Position numbers and translations under genes: made by a program. Positions 49,944 through 59,700 of a stretch of DNA of 64,000 bases are shown here, piece after piece. Under the pieces are notes generated by a model that ran no database searches, was not told the origin of the DNA, and saw nothing but the letters and a program-made list of their open reading frames with translations. Each line of letters starts with the position of its first letter. Within the stretch, counting starts at the first letter, position 1. The DNA comes from Planctomycetaceae bacterium (GTDB lineage Bacteria; Planctomycetota; Phycisphaerae; Phycisphaerales; UBA1924): assembly GCA_044507535.1 (NCBI GenBank), contig JBIQJK010000008.1, forward strand, positions 1,299 through 65,298, read 5' to 3'.

Positions 49944-50096
49944 TGACGCACTCCTTGAAGGGGTCGAGGGCGACGGACCATCAACACACGCCGTCACGGC
50001 CCCTTGATTGGCAAATGTTAGCAAATCGCCCGGGGCGGAGCAAGAGCCCCCGCCGGGCGTTCTTCACCCGCCGGGCGGCCCTTCAAGATACCCGCT

Positions 50097-51116
50097 CTAC
50101 TTCACCCCCACCACCATCGAGTCCGGACCGCACAGGTGCTCCACCCGGGTCTCGCGGAACCCCGCCTCCCGCATCCACCCCTGGCAGTCCGCCCCGGTGT
50201 AGTCGAACCCGCCGGGGGTCTCGATGAGCATGTTCAGGCTCATCAGCAGCCCGAAGGCGTTCTCCCGCCGGCCGTCGTCGATCAGCGCCTCGTACACGAT
50301 CAGCGAGCCCCCCTCCGGCAGCGCGTCGTACGCCTTGGCCAGCAGCATCTTCTTCTGCTCCAGGTCCCAGTCGTGCAGGATGTGCCCCATGATCAGCACA
50401 TCCGCCCGCGGCAGGGGGTCGCTGAAGAAGCTCCCCGGGTAGAACTTCAGCCGGTCGGAGAGCCCGAATGATGCGACGTATTCCTCGAAGACCGGCCCCA
50501 CCGGCGGCAGGTCGAAGTTCCCGCCGCTCAGGTGCGGGTGCGCCAGCGCGACCTGCACGGGCACGGCCCCCTGCGCCCCGCCGACGTCGCAGAAGGTCGT
50601 GTACCGCTCCCAGGGGAACTTCAGCGCGATGGCCCTGGCCGCGCCGAGGCTGATCCCCGTCATCCCCGCCAGGAACTGCCGCAGCCGCGCCGGGTCGCTG
50701 TAGAGCTCGGCGAAGAAGTCGCGGGCGTCCTTGACCTCGTTCTGCGGCCGGCCCGTCCGCAGCGCCTCGGTCAGCGAGCCCCAGAACCCGTACAGGCGCG
50801 CGTTGGCCATCTCCAGGATGCCGCCGGCGTACGACGGCTTGGCCCGGTCCAGGTACAGGTCCGTCGCCGGCGTGTTGCGGTACACGCCGGCGGCGTCGTC
50901 GCGCTCCAGCATCCGCAGCGCGACCAGCGCATCGAAGAAGTCGCGTGCGCCGCGCTCGTGCAGCCCCAGGCGCGAGGTCAGCTCCCGGGCGGTCAGCGGC
51001 CCCCCGGCCAGCTCCGTGAACACCCCGAGCTCGATCGCGCTCAGGAGCGTCTTCGAGCCCCAGAACCCCAGCCCCAGCTGCAAGATCGCGTCGGGCGTCG
51101 GTTGTTGATCGCTCAC
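50097..51116 (-). CDS. class I SAM-dependent O-methyltransferase (family 2, with an N-terminal dimerisation/winged-helix domain)
   Basis: [26 protein letters not shown]...[10 protein letters not shown]... (dimerisation domain) and FCDVGGAQG (SAM motif I). GTG start 51116 with AAGGAGG 6 nt upstream. Confidence 0.8.
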   Translation of the reverse strand: MSDQQPTPDAILQLGLGFWGSKTLLSAIELGVFTELAGGPLTARELTSRLGLHERGARDFFDALVALRMLERDDAAGVYRNTPATDLYLDRAKPSYAGGILEMANARLYGFWGSLTEALRTGRPQNEVKDARDFFAELYSDPARLRQFLAGMTGISLGAARAIALKFPWERYTTFCDVGGAQGAVPVQVALAHPHLSGGNFDLPPVGPVFEEYVASFGLSDRLKFYPGSFFSDPLPRADVLIMGHILHDWDLEQKKMLLAKAYDALPEGGSLIVYEALIDDGRRENAFGLLMSLNMLIETPGGFDYTGADCQGWMREAGFRETRVEHLCGPDSMVVGVK

Positions 51117-51284
51117 CGCCGGCCTCCTTTGCGCCAGGACGCACGAACGAACGACGGTGCGCAGCCCGCGGCGCACGCGGCACGAAACCTCACCGGGCCC
51201 GGCGCGGGCGAGGCGAGAGCGCGAGGGGGCGCAGCGCCGCCGCATCGGCGGCGGCGGACGCCCCCGGCCCGCCCGGGCGGGCCA

Positions 51285-51734
51285 TCAGGCCTCGCCCGAC
51301 TCCCCCTCGGCGCCGGCGGCGGCGGGCTGCTCCTCGGCGCCCTTGGCCGCCGGGGCGGGGGCGCGCTCGGAGCGGAGCCGGGCCTCGGTCTCGAGCTCCT
51401 TCTGGGCGTCCGCCGCCTGCATCTCCTCGAGGGTCATGTGGTCGGCGCGGAGGATCAGGTGCCGCATGATCCGCTCCGACAGGTTGCTGGAGCGCTCGAT
51501 CTGCGCGATGTTGCGGGCGTTGCAGGAGAAGTACACCAGGATGTACACGCCCCGCTTCTGCTTGTCGATCTCGTAGGCGAGGCGGCGCTCGTCCCACTTC
51601 TTCATCGCGATGATCTGGGCGCCGGCCTTGTCCAGGATCTCCCGGATGTGGGCCACGGCCCCGGCCAGGTCCGCCGCGACGGCCTGGCTCAGGAGGAACA
51701 TTGCTTCGTAGTTGTTGGTGCGGATCTCGGCCAT
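51285..51734 (-). CDS. rpsF: 30S ribosomal protein S6
   Basis: NNYEAMFLLSQ...WDERRLAYEIDKQKRGVYILVYF, with a long Ala/Glu-rich C-terminal tail. Confidence 0.9.
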   Translation of the reverse strand: MAEIRTNNYEAMFLLSQAVAADLAGAVAHIREILDKAGAQIIAMKKWDERRLAYEIDKQKRGVYILVYFSCNARNIAQIERSSNLSERIMRHLILRADHMTLEEMQAADAQKELETEARLRSERAPAPAAKGAEEQPAAAGAEGESGEA

Positions 51735-51816
51735 ATCGTGCACTGCCTTTCGGTCTGGGGTTCTCGTCGTGGTGTCGGTGTGTGCGGCGCCCGCGCCCGG
51801 CTGGCGCGGGCCGCCC

Positions 51817-52458
51817 TCAGGCGTCCCCGCCGGGGGGCTCTCCCTCCGGCGGGACGGGGCCGCGGGGCTTCTCCGCCCGCGCCGGCTGGGGCTTCGCGTT
51901 GAACTTGTTCATCGCCGCCGCGAGCCCCTCGGCGACGAAGCACTCCGCGGCGTCGGCCGCCCGCTCCAGCGCGGGCTCCACCAGCGCCTCCTGCTCGGGC
52001 GTGAACCGCCCGAGCACGTAGTCCGCCTGATCCATGTACGGCGGGCAGGCGTCCACCCCGATCCGCAGGCGCGGGTACGCCTGCGTCCCCAGGGCGCGCT
52101 GGACGTCGCTCAGCCCGTTGTGCCCGCCCGCGCCCCCCTCCCCGCGGAGCCGGATCGCCCCGCACGGCAGCGCCACGTCGTCCACGATCACCAGCAGGTC
52201 GGACGCGGGGTTGAGCTTGTAGAAGCCCACCGCCGCGGCGACCGCCCTGCCGGAGAGGTTCATGTACGTCGTCGGCTTCATGAGCAGGCACCGCTCCCCG
52301 CGGATGGGCGCCTCGACCGTCAGCGCGTCGAACCGCGCCTTGGCGACCGCCCCGCCGGCGTGCCGGCGCGCCAGGCGGTCCACCACGGCGAACCCGACGT
52401 TGTGCCGGGTCCGGTCGTATTTCGCGCCAGGGTTGCCGAGGCCGACGATGAGCTTCAT
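51817..52458 (-). CDS. pth: peptidyl-tRNA hydrolase
   Basis: MKLIVGLGNPGAKYDRTRHNVGF...GGHNGL. Confidence 0.95.
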   Translation of the reverse strand: MKLIVGLGNPGAKYDRTRHNVGFAVVDRLARRHAGGAVAKARFDALTVEAPIRGERCLLMKPTTYMNLSGRAVAAAVGFYKLNPASDLLVIVDDVALPCGAIRLRGEGGAGGHNGLSDVQRALGTQAYPRLRIGVDACPPYMDQADYVLGRFTPEQEALVEPALERAADAAECFVAEGLAAAMNKFNAKPQPARAEKPRGPVPPEGEPPGGDA

Positions 52459-52463
52459 GGTGC

Positions 52464-52534
52464 GGGGGACAGGGTTCTGGGGTCAGGGGACAGGGGACAG
52501 GGGACAGGGGTGAGTGTTGGCGGGGGAGTGGGGG
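52464..52534 (+). repeat. G-run cluster including four tandem GGGGACA heptamers (canonical G-quadruplex motif) in the ctc-pth spacer
   Basis: Read directly. G-runs lie at 52464-68, 52472-74, 52479-82, 52486-89, 52493-96, 52500-03, 52507-10, 52522-26 and 52530-34. The stretch 52486-52510 reads GGGGACAGGGGACAGGGGACAGGGG. Confidence 0.85.
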
Positions 52535-53218
52535 TTACTTCTTCTTCTCGCCCGCCTTGGCGGCGCCCTCCTCGGGCTTCTTGGCGGTGAGGACCTCGGG
52601 GGCCGCGGCCTCGGCGGTGACCTCCGCGGCCTCGCCGGCGGCGACCTCCTTCTGCACCACGATCTGCGCGACGATCGCGTGCGGGTCCGTCAGCAGCTTC
52701 ATGTCCGGCGACGGGAGCTTCACGTCCGCCGCGGTGATCATCTGCCCGACCTCCAGGTCCGTGATCGACACGTCGATCTGGTCCGGCAGCTCCGTCACGC
52801 GGCACTCGATCTCCAGCTCCGCGGTCGGGTGCATCAGGATCGCCCCGGCGGTCTTGAGGCCCACCGCGTCGCCGACCAGGTTCACCGCCACCTTCGAGTG
52901 CACCCGCTGGTTCAGGTCCACCCGCGCGAAGTCCGCGTGGACGATGTTGGTCCCGAGGTAGTCGAACTGCAGGTCGGTCAGCAGCACGATCTGCCCCTCG
53001 TCGGAGTCGCTCGTGCCGGGCATGTCGATCTTGAAGACCTTCTCGCCCTTGTTGATCAGGGTGAGGGCCTCCTTGGCGTCCACCGCGATCGGGACCGGGT
53101 CGCGCCCGTGCCCGTAGATGATGGCGGGGAGCTTGCCGGCGGCGCGGACGCGCTGGGCGTACCGCGTGCCCACACGGTCGCGCTTGACGGCGGCGAGGAC
53201 TGGCTGATTCTCGTGCAT
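52535..53218 (-). CDS. rplY: 50S ribosomal protein L25 / general stress protein Ctc
   Basis: RVRAAGKLPAIIYGHG...; two-domain Ctc form with an Ala/Glu/Lys-rich tail. ATG 53218 (MHENQP). Confidence 0.9.
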   Translation of the reverse strand: MHENQPVLAAVKRDRVGTRYAQRVRAAGKLPAIIYGHGRDPVPIAVDAKEALTLINKGEKVFKIDMPGTSDSDEGQIVLLTDLQFDYLGTNIVHADFARVDLNQRVHSKVAVNLVGDAVGLKTAGAILMHPTAELEIECRVTELPDQIDVSITDLEVGQMITAADVKLPSPDMKLLTDPHAIVAQIVVQKEVAAGEAAEVTAEAAAPEVLTAKKPEEGAAKAGEKKK

Positions 53219-53350
53219 CGTTGAAACTCCGGAAAACAGTGTGCGTCGTCTGCTGTCTGATGTCTGCTGTGTGCTGCGTGCTGCGTCACCGGCGACCCGC
53301 AGCACCCCTGGTCCTGATGTGCGCCTTGCGCTGTTCGCCCTGCGCTTTGC

Positions 53351-54334
53351 TTACCTCTTCGCCCCCGCCGTCTTCCTGAACAGCGCGCTGATCGACATGT
53401 TGTGGTGGATCCGGTGGATCGCCTCCGCCAGCAGCCGGCTGATGCACAGCTCCACCAGCTTGTCCCGGATCGGCTCCACCCGCGGCCCGTCCGGGATCGT
53501 GTTGGTCGTCACGATCTTGCTGATCGGGCTCTCGCTCAGCCGCTGCAGCGCCGGGCCGACGAGCACCGGGTGCGTCGCCGCGACGATGACCTTCTGAGCC
53601 CCGTGGTTCATCACCACCCGGGCGGCCTCCGTCACCGTCCCCGCCGTCGTGATCATGTCGTCCACCATCAGCACGGTCTTCCCCTTGACCGAGCCGATCA
53701 GGTTCTCGGTGGTCACGTCCGACCCGCTCACCCGCCGCTTGTTGATGATCGCCAGGTCGCCCCCCAGCAGGTTCGCGAAGCTCTCGGCGACCTTCACGTT
53801 CCCCACGTCCGGGCTCACCAGGCACAGGTCCCCCAGCTCGTCCCGGTGCGACTGGAAGTAGTCGTAGAACACCGGCGTCGCCGACAGGTGGTCCACCGGG
53901 ATGTCGAAGAACCCCTGGATCTGCGCCGCGTGCAGGTCGATCGCCAGCACCCGGTCCGCGTGCGCCGCGGTGATCAGGTTCGCCACCAGCTTCGCCGTGA
54001 TCGGAACCCGCCCCTCGTCCTTGCGGTCCTGCCGGGCGTAGCCGAAGTACGGCGTCACCACCGTGATCCGCCGGGCGCTCGCCCGCTTCAGGCAGTCCAG
54101 GAAGATCAGCAGCTCCATCAGGTTGTCGTTGATCGGGTGGCACGTGGAGAGGACCACGAAGCAGTCCCGACCGCGGACGTCCTCGTTGAGCCGCACGATC
54201 AGCTCCCCGTCCGGGAAGACGTCCGTCCGCGCCGCGCCCAGCGGCAGGTCCAGGTGCCCGCAGATCCGCTGCGCCAGGTCGATGTTGTTCCGCCCCGCGA
54301 AGATCTTCAGGCTGTCCACGTCGCTGCGGCTCAT
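53351..54334 (-). CDS. prs: ribose-phosphate pyrophosphokinase
   Basis: ITVVTPYFGYARQDRK, LHAAQIQGFFDIPVDHL, VLMVDDMITTAGT. The start overlaps the upstream gene's stop (ATGA). Confidence 0.95.
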   Translation of the reverse strand: MSRSDVDSLKIFAGRNNIDLAQRICGHLDLPLGAARTDVFPDGELIVRLNEDVRGRDCFVVLSTCHPINDNLMELLIFLDCLKRASARRITVVTPYFGYARQDRKDEGRVPITAKLVANLITAAHADRVLAIDLHAAQIQGFFDIPVDHLSATPVFYDYFQSHRDELGDLCLVSPDVGNVKVAESFANLLGGDLAIINKRRVSGSDVTTENLIGSVKGKTVLMVDDMITTAGTVTEAARVVMNHGAQKVIVAATHPVLVGPALQRLSESPISKIVTTNTIPDGPRVEPIRDKLVELCISRLLAEAIHRIHHNMSISALFRKTAGAKR

Positions 54335-55164
54335 GCTCCGGCTCCCTGGCCCTGCGTCGCCATCCCACCGCCCGCCCCGTCGCTGCCGTCGTCCGTCCCC
54401 GCTGCGCGCGACCGGTAGATCGCGTCCACCGCCGCCAGCTGCTCCGGCGTGTTGATCGACAGCACGTCCTCCGGCGGCACCGCGTCGATCACCTCCACCC
54501 GCTCCCCCGCCGCGAGCAGCAGCCCCGGCACGTCCGTGATGTAGTACTCGCCGCTGGCCGCGTTGGGCGCGACGCGCGCCAGCGTCTCGAACAGCGCCGA
54601 CCCGTCGAAACAGTAGTAGCTGGGGTTGACCTCGCGGATCCGCCTCTGCTCGTCCGTCGCGTCCTTCTCCTCGACGATCCCCGCGAAGCGTCCATCCGCC
54701 GACCGCACGATCCGCCCGTACCCGCTCGGGTCCTCGATCACCGACGTCGCCAGCGTCGCCAGCGCCCCGCTCTCCACGTGGCGCGACAGCAGCGCCCGCA
54801 GCGTCGCCGCCCGGATCAGCGGCCCGTCCCCCGCCAGCACGAAGACCGGGTGGCCGGGCGCCGCGGCCTCGCGCTCCAGGAGCTCCCGGGCGCACATCAC
54901 CGCGTGCCCCGTCCCCAGCTGCTCGACCTGCACCGCGAACTCCACCGAGGGGTCGTCCGCCAGCGCATCGCGCACCAGCTCCTGCTTGTACCCCACCACC
55001 AGCACCACCCGCCCGCACCCCGCCGCCCGGCACGCATCCACCACCGCGCGCACCATCGGCCTCCCCCCCACCGGGTGCAGCACCTTGGGCAGGTCCGACC
55101 TCATCCGCGTGCCCTTGCCCGCGGCGAGGATGATGGCGGTCGGAGATGTGGGGGCGGCGCTCAT
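54331..55164 (-). CDS. GlmU-like sugar-1-phosphate nucleotidyltransferase (N-terminal uridyltransferase domain only)
   Basis: AIILAAGKGTRMRSDLPKVLHPVGGRPM...QLGTGHAV...YYITDV match the GlmU N-domain. The 277-aa protein ends in a Gly/Asp-rich tail with no left-handed beta-helix hexapeptide repeats. The order glmU-prs-ctc-pth matches the order I recall for the classical Bacillus subtilis gcaD-prs-ctc-pth cluster. Confidence 0.8.
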   Translation of the reverse strand: MSAAPTSPTAIILAAGKGTRMRSDLPKVLHPVGGRPMVRAVVDACRAAGCGRVVLVVGYKQELVRDALADDPSVEFAVQVEQLGTGHAVMCARELLEREAAAPGHPVFVLAGDGPLIRAATLRALLSRHVESGALATLATSVIEDPSGYGRIVRSADGRFAGIVEEKDATDEQRRIREVNPSYYCFDGSALFETLARVAPNAASGEYYITDVPGLLLAAGERVEVIDAVPPEDVLSINTPEQLAAVDAIYRSRAAGTDDGSDGAGGGMATQGQGAGA

Positions 55165-55247
55165 GTCTCAAGAGCGGCGGCGAAGCGACCGGCCCCCCTC
55201 CCCCTCCGCACGGGAGAGGGATGGGCGTGTTCGGCTTCAGACAGATA

Positions 55248-55318
55248 CTGGCCGACCAGGATTCGAACCTGGACAAACAGAACCAAAATCTGTCGTGCTA
55301 CCGTTACACCATCGGCCA
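55248..55318 (-). tRNA. tRNA-Gln (anticodon UUG)
   Basis: Reverse complement TGGCCGATGGTGTAACGGTAGCACGACAGATTTTGGTTCTGTTTGTCCAGGTTCGAATCCTGGTCGGCCAG. Acceptor stem TGGCCGA/TCGGCCA, anticodon loop TTTTGGT, T-loop GGTTCGAATCC. No encoded CCA. Confidence 0.9.
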
Positions 55319-55638
55319 GTGATGTTCGACCGCGACGCTGACTCCCGTTGCTGGGGCTCGGGCGAGGCTCGCCGGAACCAGGGCCACCGGACCGCAAAGA
55401 ACCCGCGGTCCGCGGCCCCGCCGCGGTGCACGGCTGGGAGAGCGGAGTCCGCGGCACGTGTGCCCGCCGCACCCGGCATCGGGCGTGGTGAGGGCCGGAG
55501 CTGGACGTCCGTCGGCCGCGCCCCCTCCCCGGAAAGGACGCCCCTGTCCGCGCCTCGGCCACGGGAATCCCGTGGCGTCCGTCGCGGTCGGCTCCGAAAC
55601 TTCGAACCGCCGAGAGTGTAGGGGAGGGGCGGGGTGAG

Positions 55639-56790
55639 TCAATCGGCGTCGCCGGCCGACCCGTCGCCTCCCTCCCCCTCCCCGCCCGGATCGCCCTGCC
55701 CCTGCCCCTCGATCGCCGCGGTGCTGATCACGTCGTAGCACGTCGCCATCAGCCCCACCAGCGGGAACTTCGCCCCCGTCGCCGGGTCGAACGGGCTCGG
55801 CCCCAGCCGGCGCAGCAGCGGGTGCGCCACCTCCGGCGCCTCGATCGGCATCTCCACCTGCTCCAGCGTAGGACCCACCGTCCAGAACCGGTCCAGCTCC
55901 GACTCCAGCGGCTCGGGCGCCATGTCGCTGATCCCCGGCAGGTGCGGCAGGTAGATCGGCGAGGCCCCGGTGGACGCCCCGGCCGCCCCCGCCACCGACC
56001 GCCGCTGCGACAGCCGCTCCAGCAGCTCCGCCCCCGGCATCCCGCGCAGCGTGAAGATCAGGAACGGGTCCGCGCCGAATCGGTCCGCCAGCAGCGTCAT
56101 CACGCAGCAGACGTGCTTGCACCACCCCCCCGCCCCCCCCACATCCCCCGTCTCCCCCACATCCCCCGTCTCCCCCGCGCCCGCCGCCGGCTCCGCAGGC
56201 GAGGTCGCCGGAGCCGCCGCCGCGCCCTCGCCCCCCGACGCCGGCGCATACGCCGCGGCCAGCGCCCGCGCCACCTGCCGGCAGTTGCACGACACCGCCA
56301 CCTCCGACGGCTCCGACGGGAACAGCTTCAGCCCCAGCGGCACGAAGATGTCCTCGATGTTCGCCGGCAGGTCGCCCGCCAGCAGCGTCGCGGCGTACCG
56401 CGCCTGCGCCGTCATCGCCGCGAGCACCTGCTCCCAGTGCTCCGGCTGGAACTTCGGCAGGCGGATGGTCGTCACGTAGGCGTCCGGCATTCGCCCCTGC
56501 ACCCGCGCCGTCACCGTCCCCGGCTGCACCTCCAGCGTCCGCGTCTGCCCCAGCTTGGCGTACTGGATCCCCTCGGCGAGCTGGTCGCCGGGGGCGCAGT
56601 TCTCCGCCAGCCGCATCCACCGCTGCGCCGCCCACGACGACAGGTCCGGCCCCTCGCGCGAGCGGAGCTTCACCCCCGCCGAGACCCGGCGCGGGCGCAG
56701 CGTCGGCTTCGGCGGGCGCGGCTCGAACCGCCGCGCCTCGCCCCCCGGCCAGGCCCCCTGCCTCGGGTCGCGCGGGTTCTGCATCGTCAC
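55639..56790 (-). CDS. SWIM zinc-finger domain protein (partner of the SNF2 helicase)
   Basis: CxC...CxH signature SCNC(168-170)...WCKH(224-226) in the context typical of SWIM proteins, followed by ADPFLIFTLRG. The GTG start overlaps the helicase stop (GTGA). Confidence 0.8.
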   Translation of the reverse strand: MTMQNPRDPRQGAWPGGEARRFEPRPPKPTLRPRRVSAGVKLRSREGPDLSSWAAQRWMRLAENCAPGDQLAEGIQYAKLGQTRTLEVQPGTVTARVQGRMPDAYVTTIRLPKFQPEHWEQVLAAMTAQARYAATLLAGDLPANIEDIFVPLGLKLFPSEPSEVAVSCNCRQVARALAAAYAPASGGEGAAAAPATSPAEPAAGAGETGDVGETGDVGGAGGWCKHVCCVMTLLADRFGADPFLIFTLRGMPGAELLERLSQRRSVAGAAGASTGASPIYLPHLPGISDMAPEPLESELDRFWTVGPTLEQVEMPIEAPEVAHPLLRRLGPSPFDPATGAKFPLVGLMATCYDVISTAAIEGQGQGDPGGEGEGGDGSAGDAD

Positions 56791-59700
56791 GTCGCGTCCT
56801 CCAGCAGGCCCGTCGCCACCGTCGCCGCCGCGCCCCCGCCCGGCCCAGCGTCCGCCACCGCCTCCGGCCGCAGGATCAGCAGGTCACGCAGCTGCGCCGT
56901 GCTCAGCTCCGTCAGCCACCGCTCGCCGGCGCCGATCACCTGCTCGGCCAGCTCCGTCTTCTGCTCGATCATCGCGTCGATCCGCTCCTCCAGCGTCCCC
57001 GACACGATGAACTTGTGCACCTGCACCGACCGCGTCTGTCCGATCCGGTACGCGCGGTCCGTCGCCTGCGCCTCCACCGCCGGGTTCCACCACCGGTCGA
57101 AGTGGAACACGTGGTTCGCCGCCGTCAGGTTCAGCCCCAGCCCGCCGGCCTTCAGCGACAGGATGAACACCGGCGCATCCCCCCCGCCCCCGCCGCTCCC
57201 CTCCCCCTCCTGGAACCGCCTGATCATCGCCTGCCGCTGCGCCGCCGGCGTCCCGCCGTGCAGGAACAGCACCTCCCGGTCCAGGTGGTGCCGCAGCATC
57301 GCCGCCAGCAGCGTCCCCATCTGCCGGAACTGCGTGAACACCAGCGCCCGGTCCCCGTTGTCCACCACCTCCCGCAGCATCTCCGCCAGCCGCAGGCACT
57401 TGCCCGACCGCTCCACGCTCGGCGGCCCCGCCCCCTCCGCCGCCCCCGCGAACTCCTTGAAGAACTGCGCGGGGTGGTTGCAGATCTGCTTGAGTTTGAT
57501 CAGCCCCGCCAGCACCACGCCGCGGCGCTGGATCCCCTCCGACTTCTCCGCGGCGCTGAGCATGTCCGACACGCACGTGCGGTACAGCTGCGCCTGCTCC
57601 GGCGTCAGGAAGCAGTACTCCTTGCTCTCGATCTTCTCCGGCAGGTCCGCGATCACCGACCGGTCGCTCTTGAGCCGCCGCAGCACGAACGGCTGGATCA
57701 GCCCGCGGAGCTGCGTCGAGCGGTGCTGGTCGTGGAACCGCTCAATCGGCATCGCGAACTTCGAGCGGAACTCCCCCGCCGGGCCCAGGTACCCCCGGTT
57801 CAGGAAGTCCATGATCGACCACAGCTCCCCGAGGCGGTTCTCCACCGGCGTGCCGGTGAGCGCGATCCGCCTCGGCGCCGGGATGTTCCGGATCGCCTGC
57901 GTCTGCTTCGCCGACGGGTTCTTGATGTTCTGCGCCTCGTCCAGGCACACCCGCCACCACTCCACCGCCGCGAGCTCGTCCCGGTCCCGGTGCGCCAGCG
58001 CGTAGGTCGTGATCACCAGGTCCGCCTCCGACGCCGCGCGCGTCAGCGCCGCCCCCTGCAGCCGGTCCAGCCCGTGGTGCACAAGCACCCGCAGCCGCGG
58101 CGTGAACCGCCGCGTCTCGTGGATCCAGTTCCCCACCACCGACATCGGCACCACCAGCAGCGTCGGCCCCGGCGGCGCGGCGTGGTCCCGCTCGTACGCC
58201 AGCAGCGCCAGGAGCTGGATCGTCTTGCCCAGCCCCATGTCGTCCGCCAGGCACGCCCCCAGCCCGAAGCGGTCCAGGAACGCCAGCCAGCTCATCCCCT
58301 TGATCTGGTACGGCCGCAGCGCGCCGACGAACCCCTCCGGCGGGTTCAGGATCGGCATCTTCTCGCTCGCGCCCGCCTCGCCGAAGACCTGCCCCACCCA
58401 CCCCGTCGCATCCATCCCCAGGATCGGCAGCCCCGTCTGCTTCGTGTCCGACGCGTACGCCAGGCGCAGCAGCTGCCCCACCTCCATCTCCCCCCCGGGG
58501 TTCCTCTTGAGGAACTCCATCGCCGCCTTCACGTCCTCGGGGCGCACCTCCACCCACTTGCCGTTGAGCCGCACCAGCGGCGAGTGCTGCGCCGCCAGCT
58601 TCTGGAACTGCTCCAGCGTCAGCGACACGTCCCCGATCGCCAGCTGCCAGTGGTAGTTCACCAGGCTCCGCAGCCCCAGCCGCGCCGGGTCCGCGCGCGA
58701 CGGCCCCGCCCCGGGCATCGCCTCGAAGTCGATCTCCTCGCTCTCGACCTGCAGGCGCGCCCCCAGCCGCACGGTGGGCATGTCCCACCACTTGGGCGCC
58801 TCAACGTCCACCCCCTGCTCCCGCAGGATCGGGCGGACCTGCCGCAGGAACCGGTACGCCTCCGACGTGCTCAGCGCCAGCTCCGTCGGCTGCGCCTGCT
58901 CCAGCGCCCCCTCCAGGGGCTTGTACAGCCGCGCCGCCCGCCCCAGCTCGCCCAGCAGCACATCGTGCGGCGACTCGATCCGGTGCCCCTCCACCGTCGC
59001 CGCCCCCGCCGGCAGCAGCCAGATGTCCGCCGCGTCGATCACCACCCCCGGCGTCTGCACCGATTGCAGGTGGAAGCTCAGCGTCCAGCGGACCTGCTCG
59101 TCCGGCGGCTGCAGGTCCCCCAGCCCGCCGAGGTCAAGCGGCTCCAGCAGCCGCAGCAGCAGCCGCCACTGCGAGCTCGCCCCCCGGTCCTCCAGCACGC
59201 TGATCCACCGGTACACCCGCTTGAGCAGCTCCCCCCGCATCGCCGGCCCCGCCGGCACCTCGTCCTCCCCTCCCAGCAGCCCCGTCAGCCACGCCACGTG
59301 CGGGTCCGTCCCCGGCTCCCGCCCCGCCACCGCGTCGCTCATCTCTTCCTTCACCAGCACGCCGCGGCACATCGCGTCCCCCAGCCGCACCACGAAGTCC
59401 TGCAGCACGCCCCACGGATGGTGCCCCAGTTCATCCTCCACCGCCCGCGCCGCCCCCGGCATCGCCTCCAGCAGCCTCCGCACCCGCTCGACGGTCTGCT
59501 CGTCCGCCAGCCACGGCTGCCACAGCCCCCGCACCTGCCCGCTGTTCTCCTGCCGCAGCGACGGCACGAACCGCTGCTGCGCCAGCAGGTGCCGGGTCAG
59601 CCGCGCCGCCGCGGCGAAGAACCGCACCGTCGGCCCCGGCGCAAGCTCCTCATCACCCCGGTTCGCGGCCCTCCCCGCAACCTCCCCGTCCCCCAGCGCC

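Noticed and set aside
55319-55638. tRNA-flanked genomic island with an att-site or tRNA-fragment remnant (for example the ...CTTCGAACCGCC... stretch near 55596-55625)
   Set aside because: The TTCGAACC-containing stretch cannot be folded into a T-arm/acceptor arrangement. It does not repeat the 3' end of either tRNA, and no integrase or recombinase is nearby. I therefore keep only a low-key remark in the SWIM/SNF2 finding.
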